Positions 21,265 through 31,489 are shown, counted from the stretch's first letter. The stretch: DNA of 64,000 nt from Candidatus Nomurabacteria bacterium (GCA_023898465.1 CP060223.1:800001-864000); one strand, 5' to 3'. Notes: generated by a model from the sequence alone, not told the origin. Numbers and translations: made by a program.

Positions 21265-21993
21265 CTTGGCGGGAGAATTCTGTTTTTTGCCCACTAGCCT
21301 ATCCCCCAACTTATCCCAGTTCACCTTGAGCATGAGATAAACTGCCAACACGGAAAGTACAAGAGTGAGGACATTCGAGACAAGATTCGACTGATTTGAC
21401 CCGGCCACGGCTGAGGCTATATTAGTGTACTTACCAAAGGCAGCTAATCCGATAGTAATAACCATTTTACCGAGAGCAACCGGTATAAGCATGCGGATAA
21501 ATCCATAGCGCAAAAAACCAAGCGGCACGATAAAGATGTCGTCTGGAATTGGCGTTGCACCAATCAAGAAAAGTACGATGTAGACATACCAGCGCTTATG
21601 CTCGATCAAGCGCTTCAATACATCCAGATTTTTTTTGTACACATCATTCGTCAACTTCTGACCAAAGTAACCCAGGAAGTAGGAGGAACCTTCTCCTAAA
21701 CCAGCTCCAACCCCGGCAATAATTCCAAGGAGGAGAGGATTAATATCAGCCGCCGCAATTAGCACGATAACCACCGTATATGGTATCGGCACCACAATGG
21801 AGAAATTAGCTAAGAACGAAATGAGAAAGCCGCCTATGTAGCCCTGCGTTGCGCTAAGCGAAATCAACCAATCCCAAAAACGATTAAGTCCGTCACGGAC
21901 TGCTGGCACTCCGGTTACTAACCAAATGTAGGCGGCAATAACCAGCAGGGTGATAACGAGGAAGCGTTCTTCTTTACCAAATCGTACTCTCAT
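21262..21993 (-). CDS. DedA/TVP38-family (SNARE-associated) membrane protein
   Basis: Multi-TM. Motifs …GYIGGFLISFLANFSIVVPIPY… and …ATPIPDDIFIVPLG… typical of DedA. Confidence 0.55.
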   Translation of the reverse strand: MRVRFGKEERFLVITLLVIAAYIWLVTGVPAVRDGLNRFWDWLISLSATQGYIGGFLISFLANFSIVVPIPYTVVIVLIAAADINPLLLGIIAGVGAGLGEGSSYFLGYFGQKLTNDVYKKNLDVLKRLIEHKRWYVYIVLFLIGATPIPDDIFIVPLGFLRYGFIRMLIPVALGKMVITIGLAAFGKYTNIASAVAGSNQSNLVSNVLTLVLSVLAVYLMLKVNWDKLGDRLVGKKQNSPAK

Positions 21994-22664
21994 ATGCTTG
22001 AGGGATGTTTCCGATACTGCTTTTTTCGCCAAGCCGCAATATCAGCATGGTTTCCGGTGAGTAATTCTTTTGGCACGCGCTTGCCTTTATACACTTCCGG
22101 TCGAGTATACTGCGGGTACTCAATCTGATCTGGACTATGAGAAAAAGTTTCATCAACTGAGGAGGCGTCATCACCTAAAACACCAGGGAGAAGTCGAGTG
22201 ACCGCATCAATAACCACCATTGCCCCAAGCTCTCCTCCGGTTAAGACGTAGGGCCCGATAGAAATTTGCTGATTTACTAGGCTACGAATTCGCTCATCAA
22301 AACCTTCGTAACGACCAGAGACAAGTATGAGCTGATCCAGTTGTGCGAGCTCTCGCGCTTTTGCCTGGGTGAGAAATTGCCCTTGAGGTGAAAGCAGGAT
22401 CACCTGCTTCTTCTTTGTACGAGGAGGAAGTGTCCGCCCGGCCACTTTGCGAAGCGCCCGATCAATCGGCTCTACCTTCATGAGCATACCAGGGCCACCG
22501 CCATAGGGCTTATCATCCGTAGTGTGGTGCTTATCTGTTGCGTAGTCGCGGATGTTATGCACGCGAAGATCCAGCAGTTTTTTCTGCTGCGCCCGCTTCA
22601 ATATGCTTTCGTTACAATAATCCGACACCATGTTCGGAAAAATCGTCAGTACATCAATACGCAT
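21990..22664 (-). CDS. trmD: tRNA (guanine37-N1)-methyltransferase TrmD
   Basis: MRIDVLTIFP… N-terminus, SPOUT knot motifs, C-terminal HHADIAAWRKKQ-like tail. TACAAT 6 nt before the ATG. Confidence 0.9.
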   Translation of the reverse strand: MRIDVLTIFPNMVSDYCNESILKRAQQKKLLDLRVHNIRDYATDKHHTTDDKPYGGGPGMLMKVEPIDRALRKVAGRTLPPRTKKKQVILLSPQGQFLTQAKARELAQLDQLILVSGRYEGFDERIRSLVNQQISIGPYVLTGGELGAMVVIDAVTRLLPGVLGDDASSVDETFSHSPDQIEYPQYTRPEVYKGKRVPKELLTGNHADIAAWRKKQYRKHPSSI

Positions 22665-22736
22665 GGGCCTATTGTAGCGCGAAGTGGCCTATCCTTCCAG
22701 TTGACATAAAGGCAATTCTCCAGTACCTCTAGAATT

Positions 22737-23090
22737 ATGTCACAACGATTCTTTCGCACCCTAATACTCAGTCTAGCCGGTCTAGCCCTGCCCAGCCTCG
22801 TCTTTGCTCAGGACTTCCCTGATATCGGCTCGCAAATTGGTTTAGGTGGTGCCGACCCACAAACTGTTATCGTAAATATCATCCAAACCCTCCTTGGCTT
22901 TGCTAGCCTGGTGGCACTGGTCTTTGTTATCTTAGGTGGTTTCCAATGGATGTTGTCTGCCGGGAATGATGAAAAAATTGCCCGGGCAAAGAAAACCATT
23001 AGCGCGGCAATTATCGGAATTATTATTGTGCTGATCTCTTGGGCAATAGTGCAGTTTGTCATCAACACTGTTCTAGAGGTAACGCAATAG
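22737..23090 (+). CDS. TrbC/VirB2-like pilin family protein (signal peptide + two hydrophobic helices)
   Basis: 117 aa. Signal …LVFAQD. TM1 LLGFASLVALVFVILGG. TM2 AIIGIIIVLISWAIV. Sits between KH and trmD, where rimM normally lies. Confidence 0.5.
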   Translation: MSQRFFRTLILSLAGLALPSLVFAQDFPDIGSQIGLGGADPQTVIVNIIQTLLGFASLVALVFVILGGFQWMLSAGNDEKIARAKKTISAAIIGIIIVLISWAIVQFVINTVLEVTQ

Positions 23091-23179
23091 CCAATAAGTA
23101 GCAAGGAGCAAGGATTGCTTCTAAAAAACTCATAACAAAAACCCCAGGTCATGACACGCTGGAGTTTTTGTTTTGTTGA

Positions 23180-23533
23180 CTAGAGTTTCAGGTCGTCAAC
23201 CGCACTGGTGTCTTCCGCCATCGGTGCGCTGTCCTCTTCATGTGAAGGGGCCTGACGCATACGATCGCTCTTTCGGAAGCCTTCTGGCTCGAAAATCTTC
23301 AGGTTGACCCGGGCGTGATTCTTTGCCCCGACAACGCGAAGTAGCGTGCGGACTGATTTTGCGGTCTGACCGTTGCGGCCAATTACTTGGCCAAGGTCCT
23401 GAGGATTTACCTTGAGCGTAATCAAAACACCCATCTCATCGACGGTACGCTCAGTGGTAACGTCCTCTGGACGATCCACAATCGATTTGACCACGAACTC
23501 GACAAACTCCTGATCGCTGTGCTGTTCTGCCAT
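23180..23533 (-). CDS. KH-domain RNA-binding protein (YlqC/UPF0109-like)
   Basis: GxxG loop VIGRNGQTAKSVRTL. Conserved rpsP–KH–trmD neighbourhood. Confidence 0.75.
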   Translation of the reverse strand: MAEQHSDQEFVEFVVKSIVDRPEDVTTERTVDEMGVLITLKVNPQDLGQVIGRNGQTAKSVRTLLRVVGAKNHARVNLKIFEPEGFRKSDRMRQAPSHEEDSAPMAEDTSAVDDLKL

Positions 23534-23686
23534 AGATACAGTCCTGTGGTTACTACAGATGCCAGCGGTCGACCTTTCCGTCCGCCCTCACCCTCTAGGA
23601 ACGAGCAGAGGAATCCAGGCTGGCGTGTTCGAGTGTACAAAAAATAGCCCGGTGCTGTCAATACGTCCCAAGCATTTTTTAACTAC

Positions 23687-24118
23687 TTATTCGGCTTTTG
23701 GCTCTGCCTCAGCTGGCGCTTCTTCCTTTGTTTCAGCTGCCTCTGGCTTGGCTGCTTCCTCGGCTGGAGCTTCTGTAGCTTCCTTTGGAGCTTCGGCTGG
23801 GGTCTCGGCTGGCTTTTCGCTAGCTGCTTCAGCCTCGGCGCCCTTCTTCTTGATTGCGCCCTTGCGTCGCTTCTCGCCCTTAATCACGCCTTGATTTATC
23901 AAGAGGTTATGGACGGTATTTGAGCACTGGGCACCCTGGGAAATCCAATATTGGACCCGTTCGGTATTTACCTGAACGGTTGAGGGCTCGGTATGAGGGT
24001 TATAATTGCCCAAAAGCTCTAAATAACGGGCTTTTGGATCGCGCGCCTTTTCGGAAATAACAATCCGATAGGTTGGTTTCTTGCGCTTTCCGAATCTGGA
24101 TAGTCGAATCATTAACAT
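23687..24118 (-). CDS. rpsP: 30S ribosomal protein S16 with about 65-aa Ala/Glu/Lys/Pro-rich C-terminal extension
   Basis: MLMIRLSRFGKRKKPTYRIV… S16 core. Low-complexity tail AEAEAASEKPAETPAEAPKE…. Confidence 0.85.
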   Translation of the reverse strand: MLMIRLSRFGKRKKPTYRIVISEKARDPKARYLELLGNYNPHTEPSTVQVNTERVQYWISQGAQCSNTVHNLLINQGVIKGEKRRKGAIKKKGAEAEAASEKPAETPAEAPKEATEAPAEEAAKPEAAETKEEAPAEAEPKAE

Positions 24119-24365
24119 ACCAGCATATAGTACGGAAATCTCGGAAAGTGTCAAGTGGGTGGCTAAATACTAAGCACAAAATACGAAATACTAAACAAGC
24201 ACGAAATGCAAATTGATACATACTGGGAAATATTTAGAAATAAGGAAGCTTCAATTTGTTTCGAACTTCGTACTTCGGATTTCTAATTTTCTAAATGAAA
24301 TGCTACACTATTCCTTGTCCCATCCTTATTATTAGCGCTGCTACGCGACTAGACTCCGAAACGTC

Positions 24366-27062
24366 ATGTACCTCCAGAAGCTCGAGATCCAAGGCTTTAA
24401 GTCATTCGCAAAAAAAGTAGACTTCGACTTCACTCGGGGGATCGCCGCAATTGTCGGACCAAACGGTTCAGGCAAATCAAATGTGGCTGATGCCGTGCGT
24501 TGGGTGATGGGCGAACAGAGCATGAAAGTGCTACGCGGCAAACGGGCCGACGACGTTATTTTCTCTGGATCGGACAAGAAAGGCCGCCTCGGTATGGCCG
24601 AGGTAAGCCTGGTTTTTAATAACGAAGATGGAACCATGCCCATCGACTTCGCTGAAGTCGCTATCACCCGCCGTGTCTATCGTAACGGCGAAGGTGAGTA
24701 TTTTGTAAATAAACAACCTGCTCGACTGGCTGACATTATACTCATGTTGGCAAAATCTAATGTGGGACAAAAAGCCTACTCCGTCATTGGTCAGGGCATG
24801 ATCGACCAAGTGCTCATTGCTACACCACAGGAACGTAAAACCTTCTTTGACGAAGCTGCCGGCGTCCGACAATTTCAAATCAAGCGAGAGCAGGCTGAGA
24901 ATAAACTAAAGGCAACGCGATCAAACCTCGCCCAAGCCGAGCTCCTCATGCAGGAGGTTGAGCCGCGTTTGCGCACTCTGACCCGCCAAGTCCGCCGACT
25001 GGAGCGCCGACAAGAGGTAGAACAGGAACTGCGCGCCCTGCAGGAAGCCTACTATAGCCAGGTCTGGGCCGATTTGAGTGAACGACATGCGACGGAAAAG
25101 AAACACTATGATGAGTTAGAGGCTGAGCAGCATAAAGCCGCCAAAGAACTGGAACACATCCAGCGAGAACTCGAAGCGATTGAGCAAGAGCGCGGCCAAG
25201 ACGATGCCTTCCGAGAACTGCAACAGCAATACAGTCGCCTCTTGGATGAAAAAAACGCGCTAATGAAGGAACAGGCCGTCCTGCGTGGCCGCCAAGAACT
25301 CGAAGCGAGTCAACAGGGCCAATACGATGTTGTCTGGTTGAAGAATAGAAAAGAGGAATTAGAGCGTACGATCAAGGAAATTGATGAAGAGTTAGAACAA
25401 CTCAGTACGCAGCTCGCTAAAGAACAAGCGCATTTTGAACAGCAATCGCTTGAGCGGGATAAAGTCGTGCAAGAGTTTGAAAGCATCGAGGCAAAGCTTG
25501 TTCAGGCCTCGAGCGAACTGCGCAATGAAAAATCCTTTGATGCTGGCAAGTTTCAAAAAACCCTCTCGACAACCAAGGCTGCCTACGAGGAGCTCCTTAG
25601 CGCACTCAACAGCCTAGAATCCTTAGAGCAACTGCCGAAGTTAAAGAGTCAGGCAGCAAAAATTGATGCGGATCTGGCTGAAATGCTCGATAGTATCAAC
25701 CAAGAAGAGAAAGCTGATCACTCTCAAATCGTGCTTGAGCTGCAGGCTAAGCTCACTCAGTTCATGAAGACAAAAGACAGTCTGGTCAATGAGCTGCACG
25801 CGTTGGAGAATAAAACGAACCAGCTGAAGGAGAAACACGCAGCGCTCAAGCACTATCGCGATCGCCTCCAAGGTGAGTTGGACAAAGTGCTGCGCGAACT
25901 CACTCGCGCCAACATCAAGCCAGAAGACAAAGGTAAGGCTGATTCGCTTTTCCGCAAAGAAGACGCTGAACTAGAAAAGAAAGTGAACGAACTTGATGAG
26001 CGACTGAAGGCGCTCGCCCACGACATCCAGGGCTTTAATAAAAAGGCGCAAGACAAGCGTGAACGGCTCTTCAGCCTACAAAAATCTTTCCGTGAAAGCC
26101 AACAACGACTCAATGCTGAAAATGCAAAGTTAAATGCGATTCAAGTCGAGCTGGCTAAACTCGAAACTCGTCGGAATGACCTGGAGCAAGAGTTTACTGC
26201 TGAGGTGGAAAGCGCGCTCGCCGAAAAGATCAAAAAGGCGACAAGCGAAAAAATCGCTGAGGTAAAGCCGGTCGAATACTATCAAGAAGAAATCCGTCGC
26301 TGCAAGCACTCACTCGAGCTGATTGGCGGTATTGATGAGGCTATTACTCAAGAGTACGAAACTACGAATGAGCGTTTTGAATTCCTGAAGAAACAGTCCG
26401 ATGATTTGCAGGAAGCTATGACGCATTTAGAGCAGGTAATAAGTGAGCTCGATGCGACAATTAAGAAGCAGTTTGATCAATCCTTCGAAAAAATCAATCG
26501 GGAATTCCAACACTACTTCCGAGTCCTTTTTCAGGGCGGTAAAGCTAGTCTCGTACTACGCAAAGAAGAAGTGCTCAAGAAGCTCGACGATGACGAAGAG
26601 GATGAAGATGACGACGACTTTGACGAAGATGAGGATGATGAAGAGGAGGAGCAAGCTCCAAAAATACAACCGAAAGGCGAGCTTGTTATTACAGGTATTG
26701 ATATCAATGCAACCCCTCCTGGCAAAAAACTGCAAAACATTACCATGCTTTCTGGCGGCGAGCGCGCTCTGACCTCGATCGCACTTATTTGCGCCATCAT
26801 GGCTAATAATCCCTCACCATTTGTCTTCCTCGATGAAGTGGATGCTGCCCTAGATGAAGCAAACTCTCAACGTTTTGCAAACATCATTGCCGAACTCAGC
26901 AATAAGACACAGTTTATCGTTGTCTCGCACAACCGCGCTACCATGGAAAAAGCCGCGCTTCTCTACGGTGTCACCATGGGTGACGACGGTATTTCAAAAG
27001 TCCTCTCCGTCAAGATGGAGGAGGCTGAAAAGGTTATCCAGCAACACGGCAACCGTCAATAA
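24366..27062 (+). CDS. smc: chromosome segregation ATPase SMC (short form, 898 aa) with acidic D/E insert
   Basis: Walker [10 protein letters not shown]. Long coiled coils. Signature LSGGERALT. Walker B VFLDEVDAALD. 32-aa tract DDDEEDEDDDDFDEDEDDEEEE before the C-terminal head. Confidence 0.88.
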   Translation: MYLQKLEIQGFKSFAKKVDFDFTRGIAAIVGPNGSGKSNVADAVRWVMGEQSMKVLRGKRADDVIFSGSDKKGRLGMAEVSLVFNNEDGTMPIDFAEVAITRRVYRNGEGEYFVNKQPARLADIILMLAKSNVGQKAYSVIGQGMIDQVLIATPQERKTFFDEAAGVRQFQIKREQAENKLKATRSNLAQAELLMQEVEPRLRTLTRQVRRLERRQEVEQELRALQEAYYSQVWADLSERHATEKKHYDELEAEQHKAAKELEHIQRELEAIEQERGQDDAFRELQQQYSRLLDEKNALMKEQAVLRGRQELEASQQGQYDVVWLKNRKEELERTIKEIDEELEQLSTQLAKEQAHFEQQSLERDKVVQEFESIEAKLVQASSELRNEKSFDAGKFQKTLSTTKAAYEELLSALNSLESLEQLPKLKSQAAKIDADLAEMLDSINQEEKADHSQIVLELQAKLTQFMKTKDSLVNELHALENKTNQLKEKHAALKHYRDRLQGELDKVLRELTRANIKPEDKGKADSLFRKEDAELEKKVNELDERLKALAHDIQGFNKKAQDKRERLFSLQKSFRESQQRLNAENAKLNAIQVELAKLETRRNDLEQEFTAEVESALAEKIKKATSEKIAEVKPVEYYQEEIRRCKHSLELIGGIDEAITQEYETTNERFEFLKKQSDDLQEAMTHLEQVISELDATIKKQFDQSFEKINREFQHYFRVLFQGGKASLVLRKEEVLKKLDDDEEDEDDDDFDEDEDDEEEEQAPKIQPKGELVITGIDINATPPGKKLQNITMLSGGERALTSIALICAIMANNPSPFVFLDEVDAALDEANSQRFANIIAELSNKTQFIVVSHNRATMEKAALLYGVTMGDDGISKVLSVKMEEAEKVIQQHGNRQ

Positions 27063-27136
27063 GTTGACGTTTTAACTTGAGCCTGGTATAGCAATGACAA
27101 GGTTCTTTTTTGTACCCTCAAGGTAAGGAGTTCACC

Positions 27137-27511
27137 TTGATCACTCAAGTGCAAGAACAGATTGACTCCCTGAGTTCAGCTCTAGGGGTCGCGGATGAAG
27201 AGCAGCGTCAAAAGGTGGCGTCGATCGTACGCACCTGCAACGAATGGATGGACCTCATCGAGAGTGGAACCACCAAGGAGAGAGGAGATTCCATCGAGAT
27301 CAGTCTCCAGGGCCTAACCGAGGCCATCACTTGTCTCCGCGCCAGAATCCCGGAACTGGCAAAGAGGTCGAATCGCCGTCCCAGAGCGGTCCGGCTATCT
27401 CGCTTTCTGCGCCTCCGTACTACGAACGGCCAACTGATCGAAGCAATGTACAACGATGTGGCCTGTCTGATCAGACAAGCCAATCTGCCGAGTGCTTCTC
27501 TGGCCGCCTGA
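27137..27511 (+). CDS. hypothetical protein (GC-rich island)
   Basis: Probable TTG start after AAGGTAAGGAG. An alternative ATG at 27110 lacks an SD. About 58% GC. Confidence 0.35.
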   Translation: MITQVQEQIDSLSSALGVADEEQRQKVASIVRTCNEWMDLIESGTTKERGDSIEISLQGLTEAITCLRARIPELAKRSNRRPRAVRLSRFLRLRTTNGQLIEAMYNDVACLIRQANLPSASLAA

Positions 27512-27559
27512 AGCATAGCGGACATCAGCCATCCTGGTGTCCGCTTTTCTATCCGAAAG

Positions 27560-27591
27560 AAATGCCACCGCACGAGACGATGGCATTTTTG
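27560..27591 (+). terminator. hairpin terminator aaatgcca…tggcattt + TT
   Basis: 8-bp stem. Confidence 0.4.
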
Positions 27592-27908
27592 GGAAACGTA
27601 GACCCGTCCTTGTCTAGGCCCTGACCTGATCGATCAGCCGATGGTAGCTGAGCAACCTCCTGTGAAATCCGCGATCACCTCGCGAAGCTTCCCAGGTGAG
27701 ACCCCTCACAACCTTGTCGTTGCGATCCAGAATGGATCGCGTCCTCCCCGGCGTCATCCCTGACTTTGCCTTGGGCCTAGCGCTATTGGACTTGTTGGGC
27801 ATAGTCCCCAACCCCCATATGCTACCCATCAACCCTATTGTTGATGTTAGTATTAAAATAAACCAATCTTAGGAATTGGTAAAGTATTCACTTCCCACAG
27901 GAAAACGC

Positions 27909-30512
27909 TTAGGGATCGACTCGAATCAACTCAGAGAAATAACTGCCCGGCACAATGCTCCGCTCGTTGTTATTTGCGCTTAGCTGGAAAAGAATTTCAT
28001 AGACCTGGCGCTCATCTGGTGCATCCATACGGAAAGTGAAGCTGGCCACCTGACCTGGAGCAACCCTTGCCTCATTCATAGGAATACCACCGGTCTGTCG
28101 TGCCCATGACGTATCACGAAATTCCGGGCGACGGAAAAGCGCTCCATACACATTTAAACGCGTACCGCTGTCCCAGGTTTTTGTACCCGTGTTGCGATAT
28201 CGCACAGTCACAGGGATTCGCCATGGCACGCGAATAGCTGGCGGAATCGTCTCACTTACTTTTTCAGCATGATATTCCCCTGGGTTCAATGGAGTATTAG
28301 CTGCATCAACTCGAATCAATGGATCGAAGATCGGATGTTGAATCGTATCAGCGCCACCATCAATATCAATTAACTGCATGTTTTGCACATAGACCCGTGG
28401 CACAACCGGCGCTCGCATGTAAAATCGATATGTGGCTGTTTCACCTGGACGAACCTGACTCTCCTGCATACGAATTTCACCAACCGCACCTGGCCAGCTG
28501 CCATCATAAAACGAGCTGGGGCCGTGATCATCATTCATTACCTTTAAGACAATCGAGCGATCCCAGGTTGTTACGCCAGTATTCTCAAATTTCACCGTGA
28601 CAGGGATGCGCCAAGTATTTAACATTGCTACCGGGATTGTCTGACTCACCAATGCGGCCTGACTAGGTGAATCAACTCGCGAATGCACAACCACTTTACT
28701 TCCCGCTACTTCTTGTCCATTACGCAATAGGACAATCTCTTGCGTATAACGACCGATGGTATTTGGACTGCGAAGGCTAATGGTAAAGTTACCAGATTGA
28801 CCCGGCTGAATAGGACCGTTATCTAAAGGAATGACGTTTTCGCCTGACGCGCTGTGTACGTCATACACACTATCACCACCGCCTGGATCACGTACGACGA
28901 GTGAGAATTCATTGCGCTGCCAAGCTGCTCGGCCGGCGTTTGCGTACTTCATAGTTACCGTGGCGGTGTCACTCTGCAGCATTGCTTCTGGGAAGCCATT
29001 CTCCTGCAAATGAGCAGCGTAGGGACTGCTGGTAATCGTGAAATTAATTGTTGCGCTTGTACCACTTAATTGCTGCCCATCATGAAACAAGGCAAATTTT
29101 GCTTGTAGGGCTGAGTGTCCAGTTGGTGCGGTAACTGTGAAATGATAGCGCACCGTTTGACCAGGATGAATTGGCGAATCCTCAATTACACCAGCAATAT
29201 CTCCATCCCAATTTGATGCACGGAGTAAGTGAGCTGCATCATTTGCTGGCTTGAGTTCAGGTGCGGTACCGAAGCGCGTCCAGTCACTCGTACCATCATT
29301 GCGCATATCTACCCAAAGCTCGAGACTCACTCCCTCTCCAGTAGCTACCGTGTTATCACTCTGCCCACGCAAACTAGCTCGGGGCGCCCCATTCGGATCT
29401 GGTAGGGTATTGTACTCAGCTCGGGCTGCCGATCGAATGTCAGCAAACTGACTTGTATAGCGAGCCCCAGGGCAGGTTGTACAATCAACATCTCCGTGGC
29501 CAAAAATAGTTGGCAAAGTACGATCCATGAAAAAAACATCGCTGTTAGGTACAATACCTAAGGCTCGCCCTTTCACTGCGATGAAGTGACTAATTGCTGC
29601 TTTTGCTTGTGCAGAAACGTAATCTACGTTTTCGTAATTCCCGAGTAAGGCAACCCCGATGCTCCCACGGTTATAGCTTTGCTCAGCGCCCTTGCTTGTA
29701 CACTCTGCGCCGCGATACGTATGCGCCCCGACCACACCGTCGCCTCCATAACGACCTTCAAAAATATGTCCTGTAGTATCGACGAGATAATTGTAGCCAA
29801 TGTCGCCCCAACCTCGAATAACAGTATGGTAATAGTAAATACTGCGAATCACTGCTTTCGCTTGCTCTAAATCAGGCTGACCGTTTGAGCCTGCGGTGTG
29901 ATGGAGAATAAACGCCTTTGGTGCCTCGTATTCTGGTGGCCATTCCTCTTGTCCATTATTGAAACGTAGTGATTCATCAGCTCCCCATTCGCTACGACTG
30001 ATTACATCGAGGTCCTGAGCCTCAGTGTGAGGTACCAGCCATTGAAAAAGCGATTCATACCAGCTTGGTTCCTGTATCGTATCAATGAAGAAAAACTGCA
30101 CCGAGCTTGGCAGGGCTTGCGTAGTGTTTACCGTATACTGCACTCGATCAGCCGGAAGAACATCAAGTAAATTGGAATAGTGCCGAGCGTCTCCATTAAG
30201 CTTCGCTCCCGCATCTTCATCACTTGTAATGGGTATCCAATCACTCCATTGGCCATGACTACGGAAGCGTACCTTAAGCTCACTCTCCTCTGTGCCTGAC
30301 CAGGTTGCCGCGATAGCATTGAAAGTAACGCCCGGATTAACAACAGGAGACGTAAAGCCAGCTTGCACCTGCACATCCAGTGTGCGTGAAGTAATTGCTA
30401 CAGCGCTCTGCTCAGCCCGACCTATCATTGGCATGACAATAGCAAAGACACCTAGCAAGGATGCTAAGCTAAGACTCAAAATGCCAATACGGCGGAAATA
30501 CTTTTTTGTCAT
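27909..30512 (-). CDS. large secreted N-acetylmuramoyl-L-alanine amidase (Amidase_2/PGRP) domain protein with repeated Ig-like modules
   Basis: Signal/TM at N-terminus. Amidase_2 motifs FILHHTAGS…, GWGDIGYNYLVD…, GHGDVDCTTCPG. About 550 aa of repeated beta-rich modules. Start taken at ATG (MTKKYF). The track uses an upstream TTG. Confidence 0.7.
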   Translation of the reverse strand: MTKKYFRRIGILSLSLASLLGVFAIVMPMIGRAEQSAVAITSRTLDVQVQAGFTSPVVNPGVTFNAIAATWSGTEESELKVRFRSHGQWSDWIPITSDEDAGAKLNGDARHYSNLLDVLPADRVQYTVNTTQALPSSVQFFFIDTIQEPSWYESLFQWLVPHTEAQDLDVISRSEWGADESLRFNNGQEEWPPEYEAPKAFILHHTAGSNGQPDLEQAKAVIRSIYYYHTVIRGWGDIGYNYLVDTTGHIFEGRYGGDGVVGAHTYRGAECTSKGAEQSYNRGSIGVALLGNYENVDYVSAQAKAAISHFIAVKGRALGIVPNSDVFFMDRTLPTIFGHGDVDCTTCPGARYTSQFADIRSAARAEYNTLPDPNGAPRASLRGQSDNTVATGEGVSLELWVDMRNDGTSDWTRFGTAPELKPANDAAHLLRASNWDGDIAGVIEDSPIHPGQTVRYHFTVTAPTGHSALQAKFALFHDGQQLSGTSATINFTITSSPYAAHLQENGFPEAMLQSDTATVTMKYANAGRAAWQRNEFSLVVRDPGGGDSVYDVHSASGENVIPLDNGPIQPGQSGNFTISLRSPNTIGRYTQEIVLLRNGQEVAGSKVVVHSRVDSPSQAALVSQTIPVAMLNTWRIPVTVKFENTGVTTWDRSIVLKVMNDDHGPSSFYDGSWPGAVGEIRMQESQVRPGETATYRFYMRAPVVPRVYVQNMQLIDIDGGADTIQHPIFDPLIRVDAANTPLNPGEYHAEKVSETIPPAIRVPWRIPVTVRYRNTGTKTWDSGTRLNVYGALFRRPEFRDTSWARQTGGIPMNEARVAPGQVASFTFRMDAPDERQVYEILFQLSANNNERSIVPGSYFSELIRVDP

Positions 30513-30529
30513 GTATGTTTGTTTTGGGA

Positions 30530-30557
30530 ACAAAAAACCTCAGTAGCAAACTGAGGA
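30530..30557 (-). terminator. rho-independent terminator (cctcag…ctgagg + T6 on minus strand)
   Basis: Forward A6-cctcag-tagcaaa-ctgagg. Terminates gene 30671-31489. Confidence 0.5.
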
Positions 30558-30670
30558 GTAGAGTCAGTGAGAACCTCACTTACCTACATAGTATAACGTA
30601 TTTTAACGATTTTGTCCAGAGTAAGCAGAGTGAGGAGGCAGTCATAGTTTTTGATCGCCCCCTCTTAGAA

Positions 30671-31489
30671 TCAGCGGACAATAGTTATTTTTTGCTTTCT
30701 GGTAGCATCGCCTGCTCTCAAAGAAACAAAGTAGATGCCAGAGGGAAGATTGGAGGTATAGAAGCTATATTGATGTCCACCAACACCCTGGGGGCCTAAG
30801 CGCCTTTGTTCTACAACCCTCCCTAAGACGGTCACGAGACTGAGCTCAACTTCTTGAGATTCGGAAAGCGAATACTCTATCGCTATTACTCTATCGATCG
30901 GATTCTCCTTCACTTGTAGCTCGGATCCAATAGAACTAAAATCCGGAAGTTCTTGTACCCCGGAAATCACTCCAAGGGAGTAGTAATATACTCCAACAGG
31001 ATTTGCAGTAGACGTTGTGCTGATCACTGGAATATCCAACACACCGTCCATATTAACATCTGCGATGAGATCTGCTCTTGAGCCATACGAGAAATCTGAA
31101 TCGGATGGATAAAAGGAGGCTTCGAGAATCCCACTAGGAAACTCAACCACTTCAACCCCTGTATAACCACCTCCCGCATCCGTAGCAATAACACCGACCA
31201 AAAACTCTACTTCTTGATCAGTGTCGAAGTTGCTAATTCCGTAACAGACGAATATTTCTCCCGACGAGCTATCATAGGAGAAAATCGGAGTCGAATTACC
31301 CGGTTTGTATACCTGCAAGATATCTCTGGCGAGTATAAACTCCGGGCCAAATTCTAGATCTACATAAGCAATAGACCAATACCGTGATGCAGGATCAGGC
31401 AATTCCCAAACTAGCGTCTGACCAAAAGCCGACATTGTAGAGGTGATAACCATTGTCAAAAGAGCGATCACGTACGAAAGGCAACGCAT
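30671..31489 (-). CDS. secreted protein with T9SS-type (Por_Secre_tail-like) C-terminal sorting domain
   Basis: N-terminal signal peptide. C-terminus …LSLVTVLGRVVEQRRL…YSFYTSNLPSGIYFVSLRAGDATRKQKITIVR matches the T9SS type-A CTD pattern. Confidence 0.5.
   Translation of the reverse strand: MRCLSYVIALLTMVITSTMSAFGQTLVWELPDPASRYWSIAYVDLEFGPEFILARDILQVYKPGNSTPIFSYDSSSGEIFVCYGISNFDTDQEVEFLVGVIATDAGGGYTGVEVVEFPSGILEASFYPSDSDFSYGSRADLIADVNMDGVLDIPVISTTSTANPVGVYYYSLGVISGVQELPDFSSIGSELQVKENPIDRVIAIEYSLSESQEVELSLVTVLGRVVEQRRLGPQGVGGHQYSFYTSNLPSGIYFVSLRAGDATRKQKITIVR

Noticed and set aside
26531-26800. Poly-Ser ORF (SSSSSSSS…) on the minus strand
   Set aside because: It is the antisense of the GAT/GAG acidic tract in smc, a low-complexity artefact.
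27614-27832. 72-aa minus-strand ORF in GC island 5
   Set aside because: No SD or promoter. Convergent with a better-supported plus-strand gene. Probably a spurious GC-rich frame, so it is not listed as a feature.
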